Positions 1 through 11,200 of a DNA stretch of 64,000 nt are shown here, in pieces. A model generated the notes under the pieces. That model had not been told where the DNA came from and ran no database searches. It worked only from the letters and a program-made list of their open reading frames with translations. Numbering within the stretch: position 1 is the first letter of the stretch; each line of letters begins with the position of its first letter. The position numbers and the translations under genes are program-made. Source of the stretch: the human T2T-CHM13v2.0 reference genome, Homo sapiens; the NCBI RefSeq assembly GCF_009914755.1, contig NC_060940.1; one strand, written 5' to 3'.

Positions 1-61
1 AGCATTCTGGAAACCCTCTGTTTGTAAAGTCTGCAAGTGGATATTTGGACCTCTTAGATGC

Positions 62-78
62 CTTCGTTGGAAACGGGA
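62..78 (+). other. CENP-B box (representative; one per dimer, ~189 positions in the window)
   Basis: CTTCGTTGGAAACGGGA is an exact match to the canonical 17-bp box. The next boxes are at 402, 742, 1081 and 1421 (spacing 339-340 bp). The count is derived from unit structure (34x5 + 4x4 + 3), not from a motif scan. Confidence 0.97.
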
Positions 79-401
79 TTTCCTCATATAATGCTAGAGG
101 GAAGAATTCTTAGTAACTTCTTTGTGTTGTGTGTATTCAACTGACAGAGTTGAACCTTCCTTTAGACAGAGCAGATTTGAAAGTCTCTTTTTGTGGAATT
201 TGCAAGTGGAGATTTCAAGCGCTTTGAGGCCAAAAGCAGAAAAGGAAATATTTTCCTATAAAAATTAGACAGAATCTTTCTCAGAAACTGCTCTGGGATG
301 TGTGCGTTCAACTCACAGAGTTTAACTTTTCTTTTCATTCAGCAGTTTGGAAACACTCTGTTTGGAAAGTCTGCACGTGGATATTTTGACCTCTTTGAGG
401 C

Positions 402-418
402 CTTCGTTGGAAACGGGT
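402..418 (+). other. CENP-B box, CGGGT-ending form (dimers E and A)
   Basis: CTTCGTTGGAAACGGGT keeps all nine core bases (TTCG....A..CGGG) and is followed by a T-run. Confidence 0.92.
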
Positions 419-634
419 TTTTTTCATGTAAGGCTAGACAGAAGAAATCTCAGTAACTTCCTTGTGTTGTGTGTATTCAACTGACAGAGTTGAACCTTCC
501 TTTAGACAGAGCAGATTCGAAACACTCTTTTTCTGCAATTTGCAAGTGGAGACTTCAAGCGCTTTGAGGCCAAAGGCAGAAAAGGAAATATCTTCGTATA
601 AAAACCCGACAGAATCATTCTCAGAAACTGCTCT

Positions 635-1991
635 GTGATGTGTGCGTTCAACTCACAGAGTTTAACTTTTCTTTTCATTCAGCAGTTTGGAAACACTCTG
701 TTTGTAAAGTCTGCAAGTGGATATCTTGGCCTCTTAGAGGCCTTCGTTGGAAACGGGTTTTTTCATGTAAGGATAGACAGAGGAATTCCCAGTAACTTCC
801 TTGTGTTGTGTGCATTCAACTCACAGAGTTGAATGATTCTTTACACAGAGCAGATTTGAGACACTCTTTGGGTGGAGTTTGTAAGTGGAGAATTCAGCCG
901 CTTTGAGGTCAACGGTAGAAAAGGAAATATCTTCGTATAAAATCTAGACAGAATGATTCTCAGAAACTGTTTTTTGATGTGTGCGTTCAACTCACAGAGT
1001 TTAACCTTTCTTTTCAAAGAGCAGTTAGGAAACACTCTGTTTGTAAAGTCTGCAAGTGGATATTCAGACCTCTTTGAGGCCTTCGTTGGAAACGGGATTT
1101 CTTCATATTATGCTAGACAGATGAATTCTCAGTAACTTCCTTGTGTTGTGTGTATTCAACTCACAGAGTTGAACGATCCTTTACACAGAGCAGATTTGAA
1201 ACACTGTTTTTCTGGAATTTGCAAGTGGAGATTTCAGCCGCTTTGAGGTCAATGGTAGAAAAGGAAATATCTTCGTAGAAAAACAAGACAAACTCGTTCC
1301 CAGACACTGCGTAGTGATGTGTGTGTTTAACTCACAGAGTTTAACCTTTCTTTTCATACAGCATTCTGGAAACCCTGTGTTTGTAAAGTCTGCAAGTGGA
1401 TATTTGGACCTCTTAGATGCCTTCGTTGGAAACGGGATTTCTTCATATAATGCTAGAGGGAAGAATTCTTAGTAACTTCTTTGTGTTGTGTGTATTCAAC
1501 TGACAGAGTTGAACCTTCCTTTAGACAGAGCAGATTTGAAAGTCTCTTTTTGTGGAATTTGCAAGTGGAGATTTCAAGCGCTTTGAGGCCAAAAGCAGAA
1601 AAGGAAATATTTTCCTATAAAAACTCGACAGAATCATTCTCAGAAACTGCTCTGTGATGTGTGCGTTCAACTCACAGAGTTTAACTTTTCTTTTCATTCA
1701 GCAGTTTGGAAACACTGTTTGGAAAGTCTGCACGTGGATATTTTGACCTCTTTGAGGCCTTCGTTGGAAACGGGTTTTTTTCATGTAAGGCTAGACAGAA
1801 GAAATCTCAGTAACTTCCTTGTGTTGTGTGTATTCAACTGACAGAGTTGAACCTTCCTTTAGACAGAGCAGATTCGAAACACTCTTTTTCTGCAATTTGC
1901 AAGTGGAGACTTCAAGCGCTTTGAGGCCAAAGGCAGAAAAGGAAATATCTTCGTATAAAAACCCGACAGAATCATTCTCAGAAACTGCTCT
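635..1991 (+). repeat. 8-mer HOR structural variant (1357 bp, dimer C deleted)
   Basis: Anchor spacing 1357 = 1697 - 340. The gtgaagcctgcc dimer is absent, and B joins D at 1251-1277. Confidence 0.95.
1251..1268 (+). other. A-type monomer box region (pJalpha-like), representative
   Basis: aatggtagaaaaggaaat sits at the position homologous to the CENP-B box in the alternate monomers, which is the established A/B monomer alternation. Confidence 0.7.
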
Positions 1992-3348
1992 GTGATGTGT
2001 GCGTTCAACTCACAGAGTTTAACTTTTCTTTTCATTCAGCAGTTTGGAAACACTCTGTTTGTAAAGTCTGCAAGTGGATATCTTGGCCTCTTAGAGGCCT
2101 TCGTTGGAAACGGGTTTTTTCATGTAAGGATAGACAGAGGAATTCCCAGTAACTTCCTTGTGTTGTGTGCATTCAACTCACAGAGTTGAATGATTCTTTA
2201 CACAGAGCAGATTTGAGACACTCTTTGGGTGGAATTTGTAAGTGGAGAATTCAGCCGCTTTGAGGTCAACGGTAGAAAAGGAAATATCTTCGTATAAAAT
2301 CTAGACAGAATGATTCTCAGAAACTGTTTTTTGATGTGTGCGTTCAACTCACAGAGTTTAACCTTTCTTTTCAAAGAGCAGTTAGGAAACACTCTGTTAG
2401 TAAAGTCTGCAAGTGGATATTCAGACCTCTTTGAGGCCTTCGTTGGAAACGGGATTTCTTCATATTATGCTAGACAGATGAATTCTCAGTAACTTCCTTG
2501 TGTTGTGTGTATTCAACTCACAGAGTTGAACGATCCTTTACACAGAGCAGATTTGAAACACTGTTTTTCTGGAATTTGCAAGTGGAGATTTCAGCCGCTT
2601 TGAGGTCAATGGTAGAAAAGGAAATATCTTCGTAGAAAAACAAGACAAACTCGTTCCCAGACACTGCGTAGTGATGTGTGTGTTTAACTCACAGAGTTTA
2701 ACCTTTCTTTTCATACAGCATTCTGGAAACCCTGTGTTTGTAAAGTCTGCAAGTGGATATTTGGACCTCTTAGATGCCTTCGTTGGAAACGGGATTTCTT
2801 CATATAATGCTAGAGGGAAGAATTCTTAGTAACTTCTTTGTGTTGTGTGTATTCAACTGACAGAGTTGAACCTTCCTTTAGACAGAGCAGATTTGAAAGT
2901 CTCTTTTTGTGGAATTTGCAAGTGGAGATTTCAAGCGCTTTGAGGCCAAAAGCAGAAAAGGAAATATTTTCCTATAAAAACTCGACAGAATCATTCTCAG
3001 AAACTGCTCTGTGATGTGTGCGTTCAACTCACAGAGTTTAACTTTTCTTTTCATTCAGCAGTTTGGAAACACTGTTTGGAAAGTCTGCACGTGGATATTT
3101 TGACCTCTTTGAGGCCTTCGTTGGAAACGGGTTTTTTTCATGTAAGGCTAGACAGAAGAAATCTCAGTAACTTCCTTGTGTTGTGTGTATTCAACTGACA
3201 GAGTTGAACCTTCCTTTAGACAGAGCAGATTCGAAACACTCTTTTTCTGCAATTTGCAAGTGGAGACTTCAAGCGCTTTGAGGCCAAAGGCAGAAAAGGA
3301 AATATCTTCGTATAAAAACCCGACAGAATCATTCTCAGAAACTGCTCT
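1992..3348 (+). repeat. 8-mer HOR structural variant (1357 bp)
   Basis: Spacing 1357; same B-D junction at 2608-2634. Confidence 0.95.
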
Positions 3349-5047
3349 GTGATGTGTGCGTTCAACTCACAGAGTTTAACTTTTCTTTTCATTCAGCAGT
3401 TTGGAAACACTCTGTTTGTAAAGTCTGCAAGTGGATATCTTGGCCTCTTAGAGGCCTTCGTTGGAAACGGGTTTTTTCATGTAAGGATAGACAGAGGAAT
3501 TCCCAGTAACTTCCTTGTGTTGTGTGCATTCAACTCACAGAGTTGAATGATTCTTTACACAGAGCAGATTTGAGACACTCTTTGGGTGGAATTTGTAAGT
3601 GGAGAATTCAGCCGCTTTGAGGTCAACGGTAGAAAAGGAAATATCTTCGTATAAAATCTAGACAGAATGATTCTCAGAAACTGTTTTGTGATGTGTGCGT
3701 TCAACTCACAGAGTTTAACCTTTCTTTTCAAAGAGCAGTTAGGAAACACTCTGTTAGTAAAGTCTGCAAGTGGATATTCAGACCTCTTTGAGGCCTTCGT
3801 TGGAAACGGGATTTCTTCATATTATGCTAGACAGATGAATTCTCAGTAACTTCCTTGTGTTGTGTGTATTCAACTCACAGAGTTGAACGATCCTTTACAC
3901 AGAGCAGATTTGAAACACTGTTTTTCTGGAATTTGCAAGTGGAGATTTCAGCCGCTTTGAGGTCAATGGTAGAAAAGGAAATATCTTCGTATAAAAACTA
4001 GACAGAATGATTCTCAGAAACTCCTTTGTGATGTGTGCGTTCAACTCACAGAGTTTAACCTTTCTTTTCACAGAGCAGTTAGGAAACACTCTGTTTGTGA
4101 AGCCTGCCAGTGGATATTCGGACCTCTTTGAGGCCTTCGTTGGAAACAGGATTTCTTCGTATTATGCTAGACAGAAGATTTCTCAGTAACTTCTTTGTGT
4201 TGTGTGTATGCAACTCACAGAGTTCAACCTTCCTTTAGACAGAGCAGATTTGAAACACTCTTTTTGTGGAATTTGCAAGTGGAGATTTCAAGCGCTTCGA
4301 TGCCAATGGTAGAAAAGGAAATATCTTCGTATAAAAACAAGACAAACTCGTTCCCAGACACTGCGTAGTGATGTGTGTGTTTAACTCACAGAGTTTAACC
4401 TTTCTTTTCATACAGCATTCTGGAAACCCTCTGTTTGTAAAGTCTGCAAGTGGATATTTGGACCTCTTAGATGCCTTCGTTGGAAACGGGATTTCCTCAT
4501 ATAATGCTAGAGGGAAGAATTCTTAGTAACTTCTTTGTGTTGTGTGTATTCAACTGACAGAGTTGAACCTTCCTTTAGACAGAGCAGATTTGAAAGTCTC
4601 TTTTTGTGGAATTTGCAAGTGGAGATTTCAAGCGCTTTGAGGCCAAAAGCAGAAAAGGAAATATTTTCCTATAAAAATTAGACAGAATCTTTCTCAGAAA
4701 CTGCTCTGGGATGTGTGCGTTCAACTCACAGAGTTTAACTTTTCTTTTCATTCAGCAGTTTGGAAACACTCTGTTTGGAAAGTCTGCACGTGGATATTTT
4801 GACCTCTTTGAGGCCTTCGTTGGAAACGGGTTTTTTTCATGTAAGGCTAGACAGAAGAAATCTCAGTAACTTCCTTGTGTTGTGTGTATTCAACTGACAG
4901 AGTTGAACCTTCCTTTAGACAGAGCAGATTCGAAACACTCTTTTTCTGCAATTTGCAAGTGGAGACTTCAAGCGCTTTGAGGCCAAAGGCAGAAAAGGAA
5001 ATATCTTCGTATAAAAACCCGACAGAATCATTCTCAGAAACTGCTCT
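3349..5047 (+). repeat. Representative full 10-mer HOR, 1699 bp ('Y' family): dimers A-B-C-D-E
   Basis: Diagnostic words per dimer: A gatatcttggcctcttagagg; B caaagagcagttagg/gatgaattctc; C gtgaagcctgccagtgg; D aactcgttcccagacactgcgtag; E ggaaagtctgcacgtgg. The next anchor is 1699 bp later. Unit phase is arbitrary (ORF anchor). Confidence 0.95.
4135..4151 (+). other. Mutated CENP-B box (CGGG>CAGG), dimer C
   Basis: CTTCGTTGGAAACAGGA has G>A at 4148, in a core position. Confidence 0.9.
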
Positions 5048-6404
5048 GTGATGTGTGCGTTCAACTCACAGAGTTTAACTTTTCTTTTCATTCAGCAGTT
5101 TGGAAACACTCTGTTTGTAAAGTCTGCAAGTGGATATCTTGGCCTCTTAGAGGCCTTCGTTGGAAACGGGTTTTTTCATGTAAGGATAGACAGAGGAATT
5201 CCCAGTAACTTCCTTGTGTTGTGTGCATTCAACTCACAGAGTTGAATGATTCTTTACACAGAGCAGATTTGAGACACTCTTTGGGTGGAGTTTGTAAGTG
5301 GAGAATTCAGCCGCTTTGAGGTCAACGGTAGAAAAGGAAATATCTTCGTATAAAATCTAGACAGAATGATTCTCAGAAACTGTTTTTTGATGTGTGCGTT
5401 CAACTCACAGAGTTTAACCTTTCTTTTCAAAGAGCAGTTAGGAAACACTCTGTTTGTAAAGTCTGCAAGTGGATATTCAGACCTCTTTGAGGCCTTCGTT
5501 GGAAACGGGATTTCTTCATATTATGCTAGACAGATGAATTCTCAGTAACTTCCTTGTGTTGTGTGTATTCAACTCACAGAGTTGAACGATCCTTTACACA
5601 GAGCAGATTTGAAACACTGTTTTTCTGGAATTTGCAAGTGGAGATTTCAGCCGCTTTGAGGTCAATGGTAGAAAAGGAAATATCTTCGTAGAAAAACAAG
5701 ACAAACTCGTTCCCAGACACTGCGTAGTGATGTGTGTGTTTAACTCACAGAGTTTAACCTTTCTTTTCATACAGCATTCTGGAAACCCTGTGTTTGTAAA
5801 GTCTGCAAGTGGATATTTGGACCTCTTAGATGCCTTCGTTGGAAACGGGATTTCTTCATATAATGCTAGAGGGAAGAATTCTTAGTAACTTCTTTGTGTT
5901 GTGTGTATTCAACTGACAGAGTTGAACCTTCCTTTAGACAGAGCAGATTTGAAAGTCTCTTTTTGTGGAATTTGCAAGTGGAGATTTCAAGCGCTTTGAG
6001 GCCAAAAGCAGAAAAGGAAATATTTTCCTATAAAAACTCGACAGAATCATTCTCAGAAACTGCTCTGTGATGTGTGCGTTCAACTCACAGAGTTTAACTT
6101 TTCTTTTCATTCAGCAGTTTGGAAACACTGTTTGGAAAGTCTGCACGTGGATATTTTGACCTCTTTGAGGCCTTCGTTGGAAACGGGTTTTTTTCATGTA
6201 AGGCTAGACAGAAGAAATCTCAGTAACTTCCTTGTGTTGTGTGTATTCAACTGACAGAGTTGAACCTTCCTTTAGACAGAGCAGATTCGAAACACTCTTT
6301 TTCTGCAATTTGCAAGTGGAGACTTCAAGCGCTTTGAGGCCAAAGGCAGAAAAGGAAATATCTTCGTAGAAAAACCCGACAGAATCATTCTCAGAAACTG
6401 CTCT
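5048..6404 (+). repeat. 8-mer HOR structural variant (1357 bp)
   Basis: Spacing 1357; same B-D junction at 5664-5690. Confidence 0.95.
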
Positions 6405-8210
6405 GTGATGTGTGCGTTCAACTCACAGAGTTTAACTTTTCTTTTCATTCAGCAGTTTGGAAACACTCTGTTTGTAAAGTCTGCAAGTGGATATCTTGGC
6501 CTCTTAGAGGCCTTCGTTGGAAACGGGTTTTTTCATGTAAGGTTAGACAGAGGAATTCCCAGTAACTTCCTTGTGTTGTGTGCATTCAACTCACAGAGTT
6601 GAATGATTCTTTACACAGAGCAGATTTGAGACACTCTTTTGGTGGAATTTGTTAGTGGAGAATTCAGCCGCTTTGAGGTCAACGGTAGAAAAGGAAATAT
6701 CTTCGTATAAAAACTAGACAGAATGATTCTCAGAAACTGTTTTGTGATGTGTGCGTTCAACTCACAGAGTTTAACCTTTCTTTTCAAAGAGCAGTTAGGA
6801 AACACTCTGTTTGTAAAGTCTGCAAGTGGATATTCAGACCTCTTTGAGGCCTTCGTTGGAAACGGGATTTCTTCATATTATGCTAGACAGATGAATTCTC
6901 AGTAACTTCCTTGTGTTGTGTGTATTCAACTCACAGAGTTGAACGATCCTTTACACAGAGCAGATTTGAAACACTGTTTTTCTGGAATTTGCAAGTGGAG
7001 ATTTCAGCCGCTTTGAGGTCAATGGTAGAAAAGGAAATATCTTCGTATAAAAACTAGACAGAATGATTCTCAGAAACTCCTTTGTGATGTGTGCGTTCAA
7101 CTCACAGAGTTTAACCTTTCTTTTCACAGAGCAGTTAGGAAACACTCTGTTTGTGAAGCCTGCCAGTGGATATTCGGACCTCTTTGAGGCCTTCGTTGGA
7201 AACGGGATTTCTTCATATTATGCTAGACAGAAGATTTCTCAGTAACTTCTTTGTGTTGTGTGTATGCAACTCACAGAGTTCAACCTTCCTTTAGACAGAG
7301 CAGATTTGAAACACTCTTTTTGTGGAATTTGCAAGTGGAGATTTCAAGCGCTTCGATGCCAATGGTAGAAAAGGAAATATCTTCGTATAAAAACAAGACA
7401 AACTCGTTCCCAGACACTGCGTAGTGATGTGTGTGTTTAACTCACAGAGTTTAACCTTTCTTTTCATACAGCATTCTGGAAACCCTCTGTTTGTAAAGTC
7501 TGCAAGTGGATATTTGGACCTCTTAGATGCCTTCGTTGGAAACGGGATTTCTTCATATAATGCTAGAGGGAAGAATTCTTAGTAACTTCTTTGTGTTGTG
7601 TGTATTCAACTGACAGAGTTGAACCTTCCTTTAGACAGAGCAGATTTGAAAGTCTCTTTTTGTGGAATTTGCAAGTGGAGATTTCAAGCGCTTTGAGGCC
7701 AAAAGCAGAAAAGGAAATATTTTCCTATAAAAACTCGACAGAATCTTTCTCAGAAACTGCTCTGGGATGTGTGCGTTCAACTCACAGAGTTTAACTTTTC
7801 TTTTCATTCAGCAGTTTGGAAACACTCTGTTTGGAAAGTCTGCACGTGGATATTTTGACCTCTTTGAGGCCTTCGTTGGAAACGGGTTTTTTTCATGTAA
7901 GGCTAGACAGAAGAAATCTCAGTAACTTCCTTGTGTTGTGTGTATTCAACTGACAGAGTTGAACCTTCCTTTAGACAGAGCAGATTCGAAACACTTTTTT
8001 TCTGCAATTTGCAAGTGGAGACTTCAAGCGCTTTGAGGCCAAAGGCAGAAAAGGAAATATCTTCGTATAAAAACCCGACAGAATCATTCTCAGAAACTGC
8101 TCTGTGATGTGTGCGTTCAACTCACAGAGTTTAACTTTTCTTTTCATTCAGCAGTTTGGAAACACTCTGTTTGTAAAGTCTGCAAGTGGATATCTTGGCC
8201 TCTTAGAGGC

Positions 8211-8227
8211 CTTCGTTGGAAGCGGGT
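8211..8227 (+). other. CENP-B box variant GGAAGCGGG (core intact); also at 16698 and 33675
   Basis: CTTCGTTGGAAGCGGGT still fits the YTTCGTTGGAARCGGG consensus. Confidence 0.85.
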
Positions 8228-11200
8228 TTTTTCATGTAAGGATAGACAGAGGAATTCCCAGTAACTTCCTTGTGTTGTATGCATTCAACTCACAGAGTTG
8301 AATGATTCTTTACACAGAGCAGATTTGAGACACTCTTTTGGTGGAATTTGTAAGTGGAGAATTCAGCCGCTTTGAGGTCAACGGTAGAAAAGGAAATATC
8401 TTCGTATAAAAACTAGAAAGAATGATTCTCAGAAACTGTTTTGTGATGTGTGCTTTCAACTCACAGAGTTTAACCTTTCTTTTCAAAGAGCAGTTAGGAA
8501 ACACTCTGTTTGTAAAGTCTGCAAGTGGATATTCAGACCTCTTTGAGGCCTTCGTTGGAAACGGGATTTCTTCATATTATGCTAGACAGATGAATTCTCA
8601 GTAACTTCCTTGTGTTGTGTGTATTCAACTCACAGAGTTAAACGATCCTTTACACAGAGCAGATTTGAAACACTGTTTTTCTGGAATTTGCAAGTGGAGA
8701 TTTCAGCCGCTTTGAGGTCAATGGTAGAAAAGGAAATATCTTCGTATAAAAACTAGACAGAATGATTCTCAGAAACTCCTTTGTGATGTGTGCGTTCAAC
8801 TCACAGAGTTTAACCTTTCTTTTCACAGAGCAGTTAGGAAACACTCTGTTTGTGAAGCCTGCCAGTGGATATTCGGACCTCTTTGAGGCCTTCGTTGGAA
8901 ACGGGATTTCTTCATATTATGCTAGACAGAAGATTTCTCAGTAACTTCTTTGTGTTGTGTGTATGCAACTCACAGAGTTCAACCTTCCTTTAGACAGAGC
9001 AGATTTGAAACACTCTTTTTGTGGAATTTGCAAGTGGAGATTTCAAGCGCTTCGATGCCAATGGTAGAAAAGGAAATATCTTCGTATAAAAACAAGACAA
9101 ACTCGTTCCCAGACACTGCGTAGTGATGTGTGTGTTTAACTCACAGAGTTTCACCTTTCTTTTCATACAGCATTCTGGAAACCCTGTGTTTGTAAAGTCT
9201 GCAAGTGGATATTTGGACCTCTTAGATGCCTTCGTTGGAAACGGGATTTCTTCATATAATGCTAGAGGGAAGAATTCTTAGTAACTTCTTTGTGTTGTGT
9301 GTATTCAACTGACAGAGTTGAACCTTCCTTTAGACAGAGCAGATTTGAAAGTCTCTTTTTGTGGAATTTGCAAGTGGAGATTTCAAGCGCTTTGAGGCCA
9401 AAAGCAGAAAAGGAAATATTTTCCTATAAAAACTCGACAGAATCTTTCTCAGAAACTGCTCTGGGATGTGTGCGTTCAACTCACAGAGTTTAACTTTTCA
9501 TTCAGCAGTTTGGAAACACTCTGTTTGGAAAGTCTGCACGTGGATATTTTGACCTCTTTGAGGCCTTCGTTGGAAACGGGTTTTTTTCATGTAAGGCTAG
9601 ACAGAAGAAATCTCAGTAACTTCCTTGTGTTGTGTGTATTCAACTGACAGAGTTGAACCTTCCTTTAGACAGAGCAGATTCGAAACACTCTTTTTCTGCA
9701 ATTTGCAAGTGGAGACTTCAAGCGCTTTGAGGCCAAAGGCAGAAAAGGAAATATCTTCGTATAAAAACCCGACAGAATCATTCTCAGAAACTGCTCTGTG
9801 ATGTGTGCGTTCAACTCACAGAGTTTAACTTTTCTTTTCATTCAGCAGTTTGGAAACACTCTGTTTGTAAAGTCTGCAAGTGGATATCTTGGCCTCTTAG
9901 AGGCCTTCGTTGGAAACGGGTTTTTTCATGTAAGGATAGACAGAGGAATTCCCAGTAACTTCCTTGTGTTGTGTGCATTCAACTCACAGAGTTGAATGAT
10001 TCTTTACACAGAGCAGATTTGAGACACTCTTTTGGTGGAATTTGTAAGTGGAGAATTCAGCCGCTTTGAGGTCAACGGTAGAAAAGGAAATATCTTCGTA
10101 TAAAAACTAGACAGAATGATTCTCAGAAACTGTTTTGTGATGTGTGCGTTCAACTCACAGAGTTTAACCTTTCTTTTCAAAGAGCAGTTAGGAAACACTC
10201 TGTTTGTAAAGTCTGCAAGTGGATATTCAGACCTCTTTGAGGCCTTCGTTGGAAACGGGATTTCTTCATATTATGCTAGACAGATGAATTCTCAGTAACT
10301 TCCTTGTGTTGTGTGTATTCAACTCACAGAGTTGAACGATCCTTTACACAGAGCAGATTTGAAACACTGTTTTTCTGGAATTTGCAAGTGGAGATTTCAG
10401 CCGCTTTGAGGTCAATGGTAGAAAAGGAAATATCTTCGTATAAAAACTGGACAGAATGATTCTCAGAAACTCCTTTGTGATGTGTGCGTTCAACTCACAG
10501 AGTTTAACCTTTCTTTTCACAGAGCAGTTAGGAAACACTCTGTTTGTGAAGCCTGCCAGTGGATATTCGGACCTCTTTGAGGCCTTCGTTGGAAACGGGA
10601 TTTCTTCATATTATGCTAGACAGAAGATTTCTCAGTAACTTCTTTGTGTTGTGTGTATGCAACTCACAGAGTTCAACCTTCCTTTAGACAGAGCAGATTT
10701 GAAACACTCTTTTTGTGGAATTTGCAAGTGGAGATTTCAAGCGCTTCGATGCCAATGGTAGAAAAGGAAATATCTTCGTAGAAAAACAAGACAAACTCGT
10801 TCCCAGACACTGCGTAGTGATGTGTGTGTTTAACTCACAGAGTTTAACCTTTCTTTTCATACAGCATTCTGGAAACCCTCTGTTTGTAAAGTCTGCAAGT
10901 GGATATTTGGACCTCTTAGATGCCTTCGTTGGAAACGGGATTTCTTCATATAATGCTAGAGGGAAGAATTCTTAGTAACTTCTTTGTGTTGTGTGTATTC
11001 AACTGACAGAGTTGAACCTTCCTTTAGACAGAGCAGATTTGAAAGTCTCTTTTTGTGGAATTTGCAAGTGGAGATTTCAAGCGCTTTGAGGCCAAAAGCA
11101 GAAAAGGAAATATTTTCCTATAAAAATTAGACAGAATCTTTCTCAGAAACTGCTCTGGGATGTGTGCGTTCAACTCACAGAGTTTAACTTTTCTTTTCAT

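Noticed and set aside
374-379. E-box CACGTG and TATA-like tataaaa as promoter elements
   Set aside because: These are short motifs inherent to the repeat, with no sequence evidence of promoter function.
592-610. Second CENP-B-like motif cttcgtataaaaacccgac in A monomers
   Set aside because: It shares only TTCG and lacks the correctly spaced CGGG core.
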